Below, in pieces: positions 8,820 through 17,405 of a DNA stretch of 64,000 nt. This stretch comes from a virus. The position numbers and the translations under genes are program-made. The stretch lies in the IMG/VR virus record IMGVR_UViG_3300025425_001694. The stretch is one strand, 5' to 3'. The notes under the pieces were generated by a model that ran no database searches, had not been told where the DNA came from, and worked only from the letters and a program-made list of their open reading frames with translations. The first letter of the stretch is position 1; the number at the start of each line of letters is the position of its first letter.

Positions 8820-9758
8820 ATGACAATGTCATTTGATGCACTTAAAAAGAACCGTTCATCTTCACTCGATAAGTTGAACTCACAGCTCTCACAAATCGCA
8901 ACAAAGAGCTATTCAGATCCTAACGAAGGTAAATTTTGGAAACCAACACGTGATAAAGCAGGTAACGGTTTCGCAATCATACGCTTTCTTCCTCCATCAT
9001 CGGGAGAAGAAATGCCATTCGCTAGACTCTGGGACCACGGATTTCAAGGTCCAACCGGTTTGTGGTATATCGAAAACTCTCTTACGACAATCGGAAAAGA
9101 CGATCCAGTTTCAGAATTTAATTCAAAGCTCTGGAACAGTGGTGTCGAACAAGATAAAGAGCAAGCTCGTAAACAAAAACGCCGCCTTAAATATATATCA
9201 AACGTTTATATAGTTAAAGATAGTGGCAACCCTGATAATGATGGAAAAGTATTCATGTATCAGTTTGGCAAGAAAATCTTTGATAAGCTAAATGATTTGA
9301 TGAACCCATCCTTTGAGGATGAAAGTCCAGTCAATCCGTTTGATTTTTGGGAAGGCGCAAACTTCCGTCTCAAAATCCGACAGTTTGAAGGATATCCAAA
9401 CTACGACAAATCAGAATTTGACGGCCCATCGCCGCTATTTGAAGATGATGATGAATTGGAGGGAGTTTGGAAGCAACAGCATTCTCTGCAAGAATTGGTT
9501 GATGAAAAGAACTTTAAATCATATGGAGATCTAAAAGCAAAAATGTATCGTGTTCTAAATCTCACTGGTGATTCTCCGCTGTCAACAAATACAGCAGATG
9601 ATGATACAGATAATGATCTTGACATGAGCAAGTTTGGAAAATCTGCTGATGCACCTACGATGAAAGAAGAAACATCTTCGGCATCAACATCGCAAACAGA
9701 TAGTATTAGTGATGATGACGAAGATCTCGCAATGTTTAGAGACCTCGTTAAAGGTTAA
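8820..9758 (+). CDS. 32: ssDNA-binding protein gp32
   Basis: DKAGNGFAIIRFLP, WYIENS, FGKKIFDK, GANFRLK, NYDKSEF, acidic tail; AGGAG RBS. Confidence 0.97.
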   Translation: MTMSFDALKKNRSSSLDKLNSQLSQIATKSYSDPNEGKFWKPTRDKAGNGFAIIRFLPPSSGEEMPFARLWDHGFQGPTGLWYIENSLTTIGKDDPVSEFNSKLWNSGVEQDKEQARKQKRRLKYISNVYIVKDSGNPDNDGKVFMYQFGKKIFDKLNDLMNPSFEDESPVNPFDFWEGANFRLKIRQFEGYPNYDKSEFDGPSPLFEDDDELEGVWKQQHSLQELVDEKNFKSYGDLKAKMYRVLNLTGDSPLSTNTADDDTDNDLDMSKFGKSADAPTMKEETSSASTSQTDSISDDDEDLAMFRDLVKG

Positions 9759-9762
9759 CAAA

Positions 9763-9786
9763 GAGAAGGGGCTTCGGCCCCTTCTC
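9763..9786 (+). terminator. cUUCGg hairpin (terminator/mRNA stabiliser) after gene 32
   Basis: gagaaggggc-ttcg-gccccttctc; no U-tract. Confidence 0.65.
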
Positions 9787-9805
9787 ATATCTAGGAGGTT
9801 AAAAC

Positions 9806-10132
9806 ATGGCTAATAAAATATACGAAGAAGTTTTAGATTTCGATTTTGGGTTTACTTTTATAGACGAAGAACTGCAAGAAAAAGAACTTGCGGCTGCTGA
9901 CACTATTCAACAAGTAAGCTCAGAAAAGCAAACACTTGAAGATCAGCTTAATGATTCAAAAGTTGCTGCTGATGATTTGGAATATAGATTAGAACTTTTA
10001 TATAAATCTATTGTACCATTTTTAAATAATCTTTGCAAAAATCCCGATAAATCAACAATCTTTTGGCCTGATAGAGTTTCTAAAATTCAATCCTATCAAG
10101 CTAAACTGCTTTCAATCGCAGAAGGAAAATAA
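9806..10132 (+). CDS. T4-like hypothetical protein
   Basis: FDFGFT and PFLNNL..NP.K..I.WP.R motifs; AGGAGG RBS. Confidence 0.7.
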   Translation: MANKIYEEVLDFDFGFTFIDEELQEKELAAADTIQQVSSEKQTLEDQLNDSKVAADDLEYRLELLYKSIVPFLNNLCKNPDKSTIFWPDRVSKIQSYQAKLLSIAEGK

Positions 10133-10133
10133 T

Positions 10134-11243
10134 ATGAGTCTACTATTAGACAAACTTGTGAAAAACTCTACCATTAAACTTACAGCTCAACTTACTGAGT
10201 CGAAAGTTTTTGGTAAAAAGGAAATGGCACCAACACCAGTTCCTATGGTAAATGTAGCTCTTTCTGGTGATATCGATGGTGGATTATCCCCAGGCCTTTT
10301 GGTTTTGGCTGGTCCGTCTAAACACTTTAAGTCTGCGTTTGCGCTATTAACAGCAGCTGCATATATGAACAAATATAAAGATGCAATTTTACTGTTTTAT
10401 GATTCAGAATTTGGTACACCACAAGCATATTTTGAATCGTTTGGTATTGACATGGATCGAGTAGTTCATACACCAATTACTAATGTTGAAGAACTTAAGT
10501 TTGATATCGCAAGTCAGCTTGATGCAATTGATAAAAAAGATCATGTATGTATTATCATTGACTCTGTAGGCAACCTTGCATCTAAGAAAGAAGTCGAAGA
10601 CGCAATGAATGAAAAATCTGTTGCGGATATGTCTCGTGCAAAGGCTCTTAAATCTTTGTTCCGTATTGTAACACCGCATCTTAATTTGAAAGATATCCCA
10701 CTTATTGCCGTGAATCATACTTATCAGGAAATCGGTTTGTTTCCAAAGGCTATCGTATCAGGCGGCACAGGCATATATTATTCGGCCACGGCTATTTGGA
10801 TTGTTGGTCGCCAGCAAGACAAAGTTGGTACTGAGGTCCAAGGTTATCACTTTGTTATTAATATTGAAAAATCACGGCACGTTAAAGAGAAATCCAAAAT
10901 TCCAATTACTGTATCTTGGGACGGTGGTATTGTTAAATGGTCAGGTTTGATGGACGTTGCTGAAAAGGGTGGATATCTACGTAAACCAAAGGTTGGTTGG
11001 TATGAGGCAGTAGATCCAGCAACTGGTGAAATACTTTCAGAAAAACTAATGCGAGCTAAGGAAGTAAATGACAATGGCGATTTTTGGAATATGATGTTTG
11101 AAAAAACTGATTTCAAAGCCTACGTTCACGATCGCTTTACAATCGGTGCATCTGGTAGTATTATGCGTGAAGACGATAGTAATAGCAGATCAAAGTCATT
11201 GGACGATTTGGCAGAAGCTAATAGCGAAGATGATCTAATTTAA
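10134..11243 (+). CDS. uvsX: RecA-like recombinase UvsX
   Basis: GPSKHFKS P-loop, YDSEFG, IDSVGNLASKKE, SGGTG. Confidence 0.97.
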   Translation: MSLLLDKLVKNSTIKLTAQLTESKVFGKKEMAPTPVPMVNVALSGDIDGGLSPGLLVLAGPSKHFKSAFALLTAAAYMNKYKDAILLFYDSEFGTPQAYFESFGIDMDRVVHTPITNVEELKFDIASQLDAIDKKDHVCIIIDSVGNLASKKEVEDAMNEKSVADMSRAKALKSLFRIVTPHLNLKDIPLIAVNHTYQEIGLFPKAIVSGGTGIYYSATAIWIVGRQQDKVGTEVQGYHFVINIEKSRHVKEKSKIPITVSWDGGIVKWSGLMDVAEKGGYLRKPKVGWYEAVDPATGEILSEKLMRAKEVNDNGDFWNMMFEKTDFKAYVHDRFTIGASGSIMREDDSNSRSKSLDDLAEANSEDDLI

Positions 11244-11246
11244 TTG

Positions 11247-11275
11247 TTGACAATTCTATGATATAGTGATATATT
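11247..11275 (+). promoter_or_regulatory. Sigma70-type promoter for gene 41
   Basis: TTGACA-17-TATATT. Confidence 0.75.
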
Positions 11276-11349
11276 AAAATTAATTACAAAGGTGATGGCA
11301 TTGATCTGTGATTGGTGCCATTACTCATCTTAACAATGGAAAAATTTGT

Positions 11350-12780
11350 ATGATTGAAAAAACAATATTATCTAATTTGATTTACAACGAAGAATATTGC
11401 AGAAGAGTATTCCCTTACATTAAGGAAGAATATTTCGATGATAATAGTCTTCGTAAAATCTTTTCAACATATTCGGATTATATGAACGAATATAAAGAGC
11501 CGCCATCAATTGAAGCTCTTAAAATCTCAATAGATAAACGTAAAGATCTAAATGAAAGCGCGTATAAAGAAGTCACGAATTTAATTGATGAATTGAAGAC
11601 GGACGAAAAAACAAACGAAACGTTTCTTGTTGATGAAACAGAAAAGTTCTGTCAGAATAAAGATTTGTATAATTCTATTCGTAAAGCTATTCTTATTCTT
11701 GACGGCCAAGATAAGGAAAATGATAAGGGTGCAATTCCAGGAATTCTTTCTGATTCGCTCGGTATTAGTTTCGATACACATATTGGCCACGACTTTCTTG
11801 AAGATTTTGAGTCTAGGCATGAATACTACCACCGTAAAGAAGAACGCATTCCTTTTGACATTGATATTTTAAATAGTATCACAAAGGGTGGATTACCTCG
11901 TAAATCCATGACTGTATTACTAGCAACAACTGGTGGTGGTAAATCATTAGTTAAATGCCATATGGCCGCAGCTAGTTTAATGCATGGCAAAAACGTTTTG
12001 TATGTTACAATGGAACTTGCCGAAGAAGAGGTTGCTCGTCGTATTGATGCCAATATTATGGACATTACACTCGATGAAGTAAAGGAAGTTCCGCTTGATG
12101 TATTTAAGAAGCAAATGGATCGTTACAAAACAAAAACTACAGGGAAGCTAGTTGTCAAAGAATATCCAACAGGTTCAGCTCACTCAGGCCATTTTAGACA
12201 TCTTTTAAATGAAATGCGTCTAAAGAAAAACTTCGTACCCGATGTTGTCTTTATTGATTATCTTAATATTTGTGCATCAGCAAGAGTAAAGGGTGCAGCC
12301 GCAGCAAATTCATATACACTAGTAAAATCTATTGCTGAAGAAATCCGTGGCCTTGCTATGGAATTTGATATTGCTATTGTAACCTCATCTCAGTTTAACC
12401 GTTCGGGATACGACAATTCTGATGTCGACTTAACAAATACCTCCGAGTCAATGGGTATTACTCACACTGCAGATTGTATTCTTGGTCTTATTACATCAGA
12501 AGATTTAGAATCAAGAGGACAAATTATGATTAAGCAACTAAAAAATCGTTGGGGAGATTTAGGTTATTATCGTAGGTTTGTTGTAGGAATTGACCGTTCA
12601 CGAATGAAACTGTTTAATCTTGAAGACGGAGCGCAACGAAACATTCAATCAGAATCATCCAATAGTAAAACAAATAACAATGATTCTGGATCGACGTTTG
12701 ATAAATCTTCTTTTGGACAAAAGTGGGATATGAATTCAAACAAAAAGAAAAGTTTATTTGAAGTAGGAGAATTGCAATGA
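11350..12780 (+). CDS. 41: Replicative DNA helicase gp41
   Basis: TTGGGKS Walker A, VKEYPT, IDYLNIC, SESMG, KQLKNR. Confidence 0.96.
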   Translation: MIEKTILSNLIYNEEYCRRVFPYIKEEYFDDNSLRKIFSTYSDYMNEYKEPPSIEALKISIDKRKDLNESAYKEVTNLIDELKTDEKTNETFLVDETEKFCQNKDLYNSIRKAILILDGQDKENDKGAIPGILSDSLGISFDTHIGHDFLEDFESRHEYYHRKEERIPFDIDILNSITKGGLPRKSMTVLLATTGGGKSLVKCHMAAASLMHGKNVLYVTMELAEEEVARRIDANIMDITLDEVKEVPLDVFKKQMDRYKTKTTGKLVVKEYPTGSAHSGHFRHLLNEMRLKKNFVPDVVFIDYLNICASARVKGAAAANSYTLVKSIAEEIRGLAMEFDIAIVTSSQFNRSGYDNSDVDLTNTSESMGITHTADCILGLITSEDLESRGQIMIKQLKNRWGDLGYYRRFVVGIDRSRMKLFNLEDGAQRNIQSESSNSKTNNNDSGSTFDKSSFGQKWDMNSNKKKSLFEVGELQ

Positions 12781-12968
12781 GTTACTCAGTGAAAAAAAAT
12801 AAAAACCAATACGATATTTTAGAAAAAAATACTGGAACTTTAATTCAAATTGGGCATAGTGAAAAGAACGCGAGAAATACCTGCAGGAAACTAAATTTAG
12901 GATCTGGTTTTGAAGGATGGACTCCACCATTCTTTTCTAAAAAAAATATCCTTGTTAATTTTTCGTAA
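12777..12968 (+). CDS. Small T4-like hypothetical protein
   Basis: LNLGSGFEGWTPPFF motif; ATGA overlap. Confidence 0.6.
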   Translation: MSYSVKKNKNQYDILEKNTGTLIQIGHSEKNARNTCRKLNLGSGFEGWTPPFFSKKNILVNFS

Positions 12969-12987
12969 AGCATACCAAACACTTTTT

Positions 12988-12995
12988 TATAAATA
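12988..12995 (+). promoter_or_regulatory. T4-type late promoter
   Basis: TATAAATA. Confidence 0.75.
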
Positions 12996-13026
12996 ATAGA
13001 AATTAAACCTATAATAGAGAATAGAT

Positions 13027-14322
13027 ATGATTTCATTTAAAAAATATGTAAGAGAGAATGCTGATATGCTTTTTACATCGCAACAAGATAAAGCAAAATT
13101 AGATAGTGCAATAACGCCTTATACTTATACTGTTAAAAATTCAACGCAAAGAAAAACAGTTTTAGTTGTTCGTTCTCAAAAAAACGATCGTGAAAAAGTA
13201 AAAAGAGACCTAGAAAAAAAATTAGATGACGCGAGTATTAGTTATGAATTAAGCACTACTGGCGGGTCTGTTGGATCTACTGTTGTAAAATTAGGTTCGC
13301 AATTAATTCAAATTACATATAAGCCAACGTCAGGCGGAATGTCTGAAACTACTCTTAATGCAACAATCACTGAACTTGCCCCTGCGCTTGCGTTCATGGC
13401 AAAAACAAAATTTTCTAATATAGATGACTTGTATAATTTTATTTCTAGTGCAGACGGAAATAAATTAGGAGTATATGTAAATACTCGTGATGCAGCGGCT
13501 GGTAAACAATTTATTGAACAAATGCCAACGTCGTCCAAATATGCTGAAAAAATGGAAAATGCTTTAGCTATCTTAGATTATCTAAATGATTTAAATAAGC
13601 AAACTCCAGTTAGCCAAGTATTTTGGGGCTATCGGGCAAAACCTGCTGGTATTGCGGCATCTCATAAAGGAGATCTTTTCGTTAAATTTAAAAATGGTAA
13701 TATGCTTGGAGTATCTCTTAAAGCTGGCGGTGAAAAAACCGCTGAACCACAATTAAATACATATGTAAACAAATTCTTTGATGATTACGGCTATAGTAGA
13801 GAAAAAACAACTTTGCAGAGTGAAGTGTATAAAGCGGTTCACTCAACTATCGGTCTTCCTAAAGATTGGGATTCTAGAACAAATAAAAAATCTTCTATTC
13901 AAACAATTAATGACTACAAGAGAAAAAATGCAAGAGAGTATGAAGCAAAATACGATCAAATGCTCGAAGTTATTCGGGGCGGTTTAATAAAGGCGGTAAA
14001 CCAAAATAAAAATAAAACTATAGATTATATACAAAAACAAGTATTGAAAAAAGATGCGAGCGTTCCTTTGGTTGTTGTAAAGGCTTTTGGTAAAAAATAT
14101 AAAATGGTAACAGATGAAGATGATTTAGAAACATTTTTACCAACTATAAAAAGTGTTCGCGCTTATTCGTCTACATCTTCAAAACAAAACTGGTTTATTG
14201 AATTGAGTAGCGGCCGCGAAAAGTTAACAATGAACATGTCTGTCCGCTCGAACAAATCACCACCTGAAAATAAAATTGCTCAGGGTTTTAATCTTACTAT
14301 CAAATTTAATGGAATTAAATAA
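13027..14322 (+). CDS. PD-(D/E)XK-nuclease-like protein with putative capsid-targeting N-terminus
   Basis: MISFKKYVRE start; TITE helix ... HKGDLFV..(x)..GVSLK pattern. Confidence 0.5.
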   Translation: MISFKKYVRENADMLFTSQQDKAKLDSAITPYTYTVKNSTQRKTVLVVRSQKNDREKVKRDLEKKLDDASISYELSTTGGSVGSTVVKLGSQLIQITYKPTSGGMSETTLNATITELAPALAFMAKTKFSNIDDLYNFISSADGNKLGVYVNTRDAAAGKQFIEQMPTSSKYAEKMENALAILDYLNDLNKQTPVSQVFWGYRAKPAGIAASHKGDLFVKFKNGNMLGVSLKAGGEKTAEPQLNTYVNKFFDDYGYSREKTTLQSEVYKAVHSTIGLPKDWDSRTNKKSSIQTINDYKRKNAREYEAKYDQMLEVIRGGLIKAVNQNKNKTIDYIQKQVLKKDASVPLVVVKAFGKKYKMVTDEDDLETFLPTIKSVRAYSSTSSKQNWFIELSSGREKLTMNMSVRSNKSPPENKIAQGFNLTIKFNGIK

Positions 14323-14814
14323 ATGTTAAGCTTTAAAAAGTTCATGACTGAAGAAAAAAACTTACACATGACGCACGCGGAAGATGCTGTTATAGATGGC
14401 GGAATTACAGGTACTCGTAACGTTATTAATTACCTACGTGATATTCGTGATATGCTAGCAGGTAATACTAAAGCACCTGTCAACATTAGCGTTAAGTGGG
14501 ACGGTTGTATTCACGAAGACACTATTGTTCTAACCAATGCCGGTGATATGACAATCAAAGAAGTTGTTGAACGCTGTCAGTTGGATGATAATCTTATGGT
14601 AATGGGTAAGGAATTGGGTAGCCCATTACAATATGATCGCATGGTTCATATTCTAGCTGGTATGTCACAAGATGGCAAAAAGGCTTGGGTTGAAATTGAA
14701 TTGGAAGATGGATCAAAACTGAAAATGACAGAAGACCACGAAGTACATACTTCTAACCGCGGTTGGGTTAAAGCTGGTGAATTAACTGAAGAGGATGATG
14801 TGACCGAATTGTAA
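14323..14814 (+). CDS. N-half of fractured ligase-like nucleotidyltransferase (61-aa N-extein ending KWDG) fused to split intein N-part
   Basis: SVKWDG|CIHEDT..., block B KMTEDHEV, WVKAGEL, stop at canonical split position. Confidence 0.9.
   Translation: MLSFKKFMTEEKNLHMTHAEDAVIDGGITGTRNVINYLRDIRDMLAGNTKAPVNISVKWDGCIHEDTIVLTNAGDMTIKEVVERCQLDDNLMVMGKELGSPLQYDRMVHILAGMSQDGKKAWVEIELEDGSKLKMTEDHEVHTSNRGWVKAGELTEEDDVTEL
14506..14811 (+). mobile_element. Split intein, N-fragment (102 aa)
   Basis: Cys1, block A CIHEDTIVLT, block B TEDH, acidic C-terminus. Confidence 0.9.
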
Positions 14815-14848
14815 AGTGTGATGGATACCGCCTCAAATTACATCTTTT

Positions 14849-14856
14849 TATAAATA
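14849..14856 (+). promoter_or_regulatory. Late promoter for the HNH endonuclease
   Basis: TATAAATA followed by AAGGAGG RBS. Confidence 0.75.
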
Positions 14857-14875
14857 AAAATAAAAGGAGGCTAAT

Positions 14876-15523
14876 ATGACTATTGAATTCACAGAAGAAA
14901 TGAAGACAAAATACATTGAGAAATACAAAGAAACGTATTCTGTATCAGAAGTATTGAGATCATTTGATAATGGAGTTGGAAGAAGTAGAGTAGTAAAGTT
15001 ATTAAAAGATGAAGGTATATACGAAGGGTTAACCGGCTCTAACTATCTCCGGAAGAAAGTTGAAAATAATGAAAAGATAATGACAGAGAGATACGGCGTT
15101 ATTAATTGGGGACAGACGAAAGAAGGCGGCTACAAAAAACAAAACAAAATACCATACCAAAAAATATCTTATTTAGATGATAAATACAGAGAATATAGAG
15201 CTGCGGTTGAAAAAGAAACAAAGAAGAATATAAAACATATAGACTTTCCAACATATTGTTATTATACTGGAATACAATTTGCAGACGAAGAAGGACTTGT
15301 TAATCCGAACGACCCAAGAAAGAGAAGTGTAGATCATAAGGTTCCGGTTATTATTTGTTATTTAAACGGTATATCAGTAGAGCAAGCAGGTAGTATAGAT
15401 AATCTTACTTTTGTTTTAAAATATGTAAATTCGGTTAAGTCTAACACAGAACACAAATCGTTTTTAGCGGTAGCGCATAAAATAAGAAAGGTTTTTATAA
15501 ATGAAGGTTATAAAAGTAATTAA
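14876..15523 (+). CDS. Free-standing HNH homing endonuclease
   Basis: CYYTG ... RSVDHKVP ... DNL ... VNSVKSN; lies between the intein halves. Confidence 0.8.
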   Translation: MTIEFTEEMKTKYIEKYKETYSVSEVLRSFDNGVGRSRVVKLLKDEGIYEGLTGSNYLRKKVENNEKIMTERYGVINWGQTKEGGYKKQNKIPYQKISYLDDKYREYRAAVEKETKKNIKHIDFPTYCYYTGIQFADEEGLVNPNDPRKRSVDHKVPVIICYLNGISVEQAGSIDNLTFVLKYVNSVKSNTEHKSFLAVAHKIRKVFINEGYKSN

Positions 15524-15614
15524 ACTAAAAGAGAAGTATGAGCAATATGATATTAGCACTACTTCCGAAAACTTTTATGTGCGAACAAACAATGGATACA
15601 TATTAATTCATAAC
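15501..15614 (+). mobile_element. Split intein, C-fragment (38 aa)
   Basis: Block F YDI...NFY, block G HN followed by Ser+1; basic N-terminus. Confidence 0.9.
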
Positions 15615-16673
15615 TCGCCAGCTGTATTTGCTGGAATTGATCCTAGCGATGGTAAATTCTTTGTAGCTAAAAAGGGTATTTTTAATAAGAACCCAAAGCT
15701 ATATAAAACACACGCCGATATTGATGCTGATACTATTGGCAAGGCTGAATTAAACGCAAAATTAAAAATTGCACTCGACGAGTTTTCAAAGCTCGGAATT
15801 AAGGGTGTAGTACAAGGTGATTTTTTATATGAAAAAAGCGATATTAAAGAAGATAAGATTAATGGGGAATCGCATATTACTTTCCATCCTAATACGATTG
15901 TTTACGCTGTACCTAAATCGACTGCCCTTGCTAAAACAATACTCAAATCCAAAGTTGGAGTGGTCTGGCATACTGTATACCGAGGATCAAAACTTGAGGA
16001 AATGTCTGCAAGTTTTGGAGAAGAGATTGCAAGCGGTCTCAAAACAGTCCCGTCGGTCTGGTCAGTAGACGCAGTATTCAAAGATCAATCTGGCAACGCA
16101 ACATTTACCGCAAAAGAGACTGCTGATATTACAAAGGTAATATCTCAAATTGGTTCACTGTTTAGAACAATTCCAAAAAACACGTTTGATGCTTTAAAGC
16201 CAGGATCTCAGTATGATATTAATATGCGCCTCAATACTTACATCAATACAAAGGTTCGTGCCGGCGAAAGAATTGGTAGTCCAAAAACTTTTGTTAAAGG
16301 CTTTCAGAAATACTTAAGTGATTATTATGATAAAGAAATTGATAATAAAAAATCGCCAAAAGGTAAAGCAACCTGGCAAGCTAAAAAAGATAATGCCATG
16401 ATGTTTTTCAGTAAAGTTAAACCACGTGATTTAGAAAATCTTTTTACTATGTATAATTTAATCGTTGACGCAAAGCATACAATTATTCGTAAACTTGAAA
16501 ACGTTGATGGTTTAAAAACGCTACTCAAAACTAATAATGGTTATGAGGTTACAGGACAAGAAGGTTTTGTTGCTATTGACCGTTATGGTAAAAACGCACT
16601 AAAACTAGTCGACAGATTGCAATTTTCGTCAGCAAACTTTTCAGACAAGTATATTAAAGGATGGCAAAAATAA
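15501..16673 (+). CDS. Split intein C-part (38 aa) fused to C-half (352 aa) of ligase-like nucleotidyltransferase
   Basis: MKVIKV...QYDIST..ENFY...ILIHN|SPAVFAG; later QGD, QEGFVA, ALKLVDR motifs. Confidence 0.9.
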   Translation: MKVIKVIKLKEKYEQYDISTTSENFYVRTNNGYILIHNSPAVFAGIDPSDGKFFVAKKGIFNKNPKLYKTHADIDADTIGKAELNAKLKIALDEFSKLGIKGVVQGDFLYEKSDIKEDKINGESHITFHPNTIVYAVPKSTALAKTILKSKVGVVWHTVYRGSKLEEMSASFGEEIASGLKTVPSVWSVDAVFKDQSGNATFTAKETADITKVISQIGSLFRTIPKNTFDALKPGSQYDINMRLNTYINTKVRAGERIGSPKTFVKGFQKYLSDYYDKEIDNKKSPKGKATWQAKKDNAMMFFSKVKPRDLENLFTMYNLIVDAKHTIIRKLENVDGLKTLLKTNNGYEVTGQEGFVAIDRYGKNALKLVDRLQFSSANFSDKYIKGWQK

Positions 16674-16726
16674 TGGCGATGTGGAACAAAAATTCATTGT
16701 TGACATACGTGAATACCGGCTATACC

Positions 16727-16756
16727 AAATAGGCAACTCTAATTTGCCTATTTTTT
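16727..16756 (+). terminator. Inverted repeat with U-tract (terminator or operator)
   Basis: aaataggcaa-ctctaat-ttgcctattt-ttt. Confidence 0.55.
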
Positions 16757-16818
16757 AACTTTCCTCTAATAAATATAATTGTTAATTAAAACAATAACCA
16801 TTATTAGGGGAAACTAAA

Positions 16819-17106
16819 ATGACTACAACAGTTAACTACTTACCGAAACAGATAGTAATCACCCCAGTCGTACAACTCTTTAAGGTTGTATTTAATGCAC
16901 TGGGGTCACTTCATAGGTCATATAAAAAAGCAAGAAAAGCTAGTGAAACTATTCAAGAACTGAATAGACTAAGCAATTCTGAACTGATGGATATTGGTCT
17001 TACACGGGGTGACATCTATTCTATTGCACATCAGTCTATGTCTGATTACTCAGATAAGATTAATACTAAAGTTGGTCCTAACCAAAACCTTAAGGGGTGG
17101 GTGTAA
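16819..17106 (+). CDS. DUF1127 (YjiS-like) small protein
   Basis: TIQELNRLSNSELMDIGLTRGDI signature. Confidence 0.85.
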   Translation: MTTTVNYLPKQIVITPVVQLFKVVFNALGSLHRSYKKARKASETIQELNRLSNSELMDIGLTRGDIYSIAHQSMSDYSDKINTKVGPNQNLKGWV

Positions 17107-17279
17107 TGACTGCAATAGCATATAACCTTATCGCCGGCCCGTTTGCTGGTCTGGGCAAAAAGATTATGACTAATCTAGAAATCATTGGATATGCCCGAGC
17201 AGCTGCTCATTTGGCAAACCACGGCTTTCACGAAGAAGCAAAAAAGTGCATGGAAGAATACTCTAAGTTGCGTAAGTAA
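17106..17279 (+). CDS. Small hypothetical protein coupled to the DUF1127 gene
   Basis: TAATG overlap; GYARAAAHL..GFHEEAK. Confidence 0.6.
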   Translation: MTAIAYNLIAGPFAGLGKKIMTNLEIIGYARAAAHLANHGFHEEAKKCMEEYSKLRK

Positions 17280-17349
17280 ATATAAATGCTAGCACCAAGA
17301 GAGCTGAATGACCAGATGAATTGAAAAAATAAATAATTTTTATAAACAT

Positions 17350-17386
17350 TATAAATATTAGGGTAGTCGAAAGGCTACCCTTTTTT
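17350..17386 (+). promoter_or_regulatory. Late promoter followed by terminator hairpin
   Basis: TATAAATA (17350-57); gggtagtc-gaaa-ggctaccc-tttttt (17361-86). Confidence 0.65.
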
Positions 17387-17405
17387 ATTAATATGGATTA
17401 ACAGA

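Noticed and set aside
11308-11349. Upstream start for gp41 given by the ORF track (likewise 8787, 20647, 34923, 35393, 40870, 42405, 48268)
   Set aside because: Downstream ATGs fit the RBS, stop/start coupling or family N-termini better.
14323-16673. Pseudogene, frameshift or group I intron as the explanation of the broken gene
   Set aside because: Both halves carry complete, complementary intein motifs and their own start and stop. The insert has its own promoter and RBS, and no intron core was recognised.
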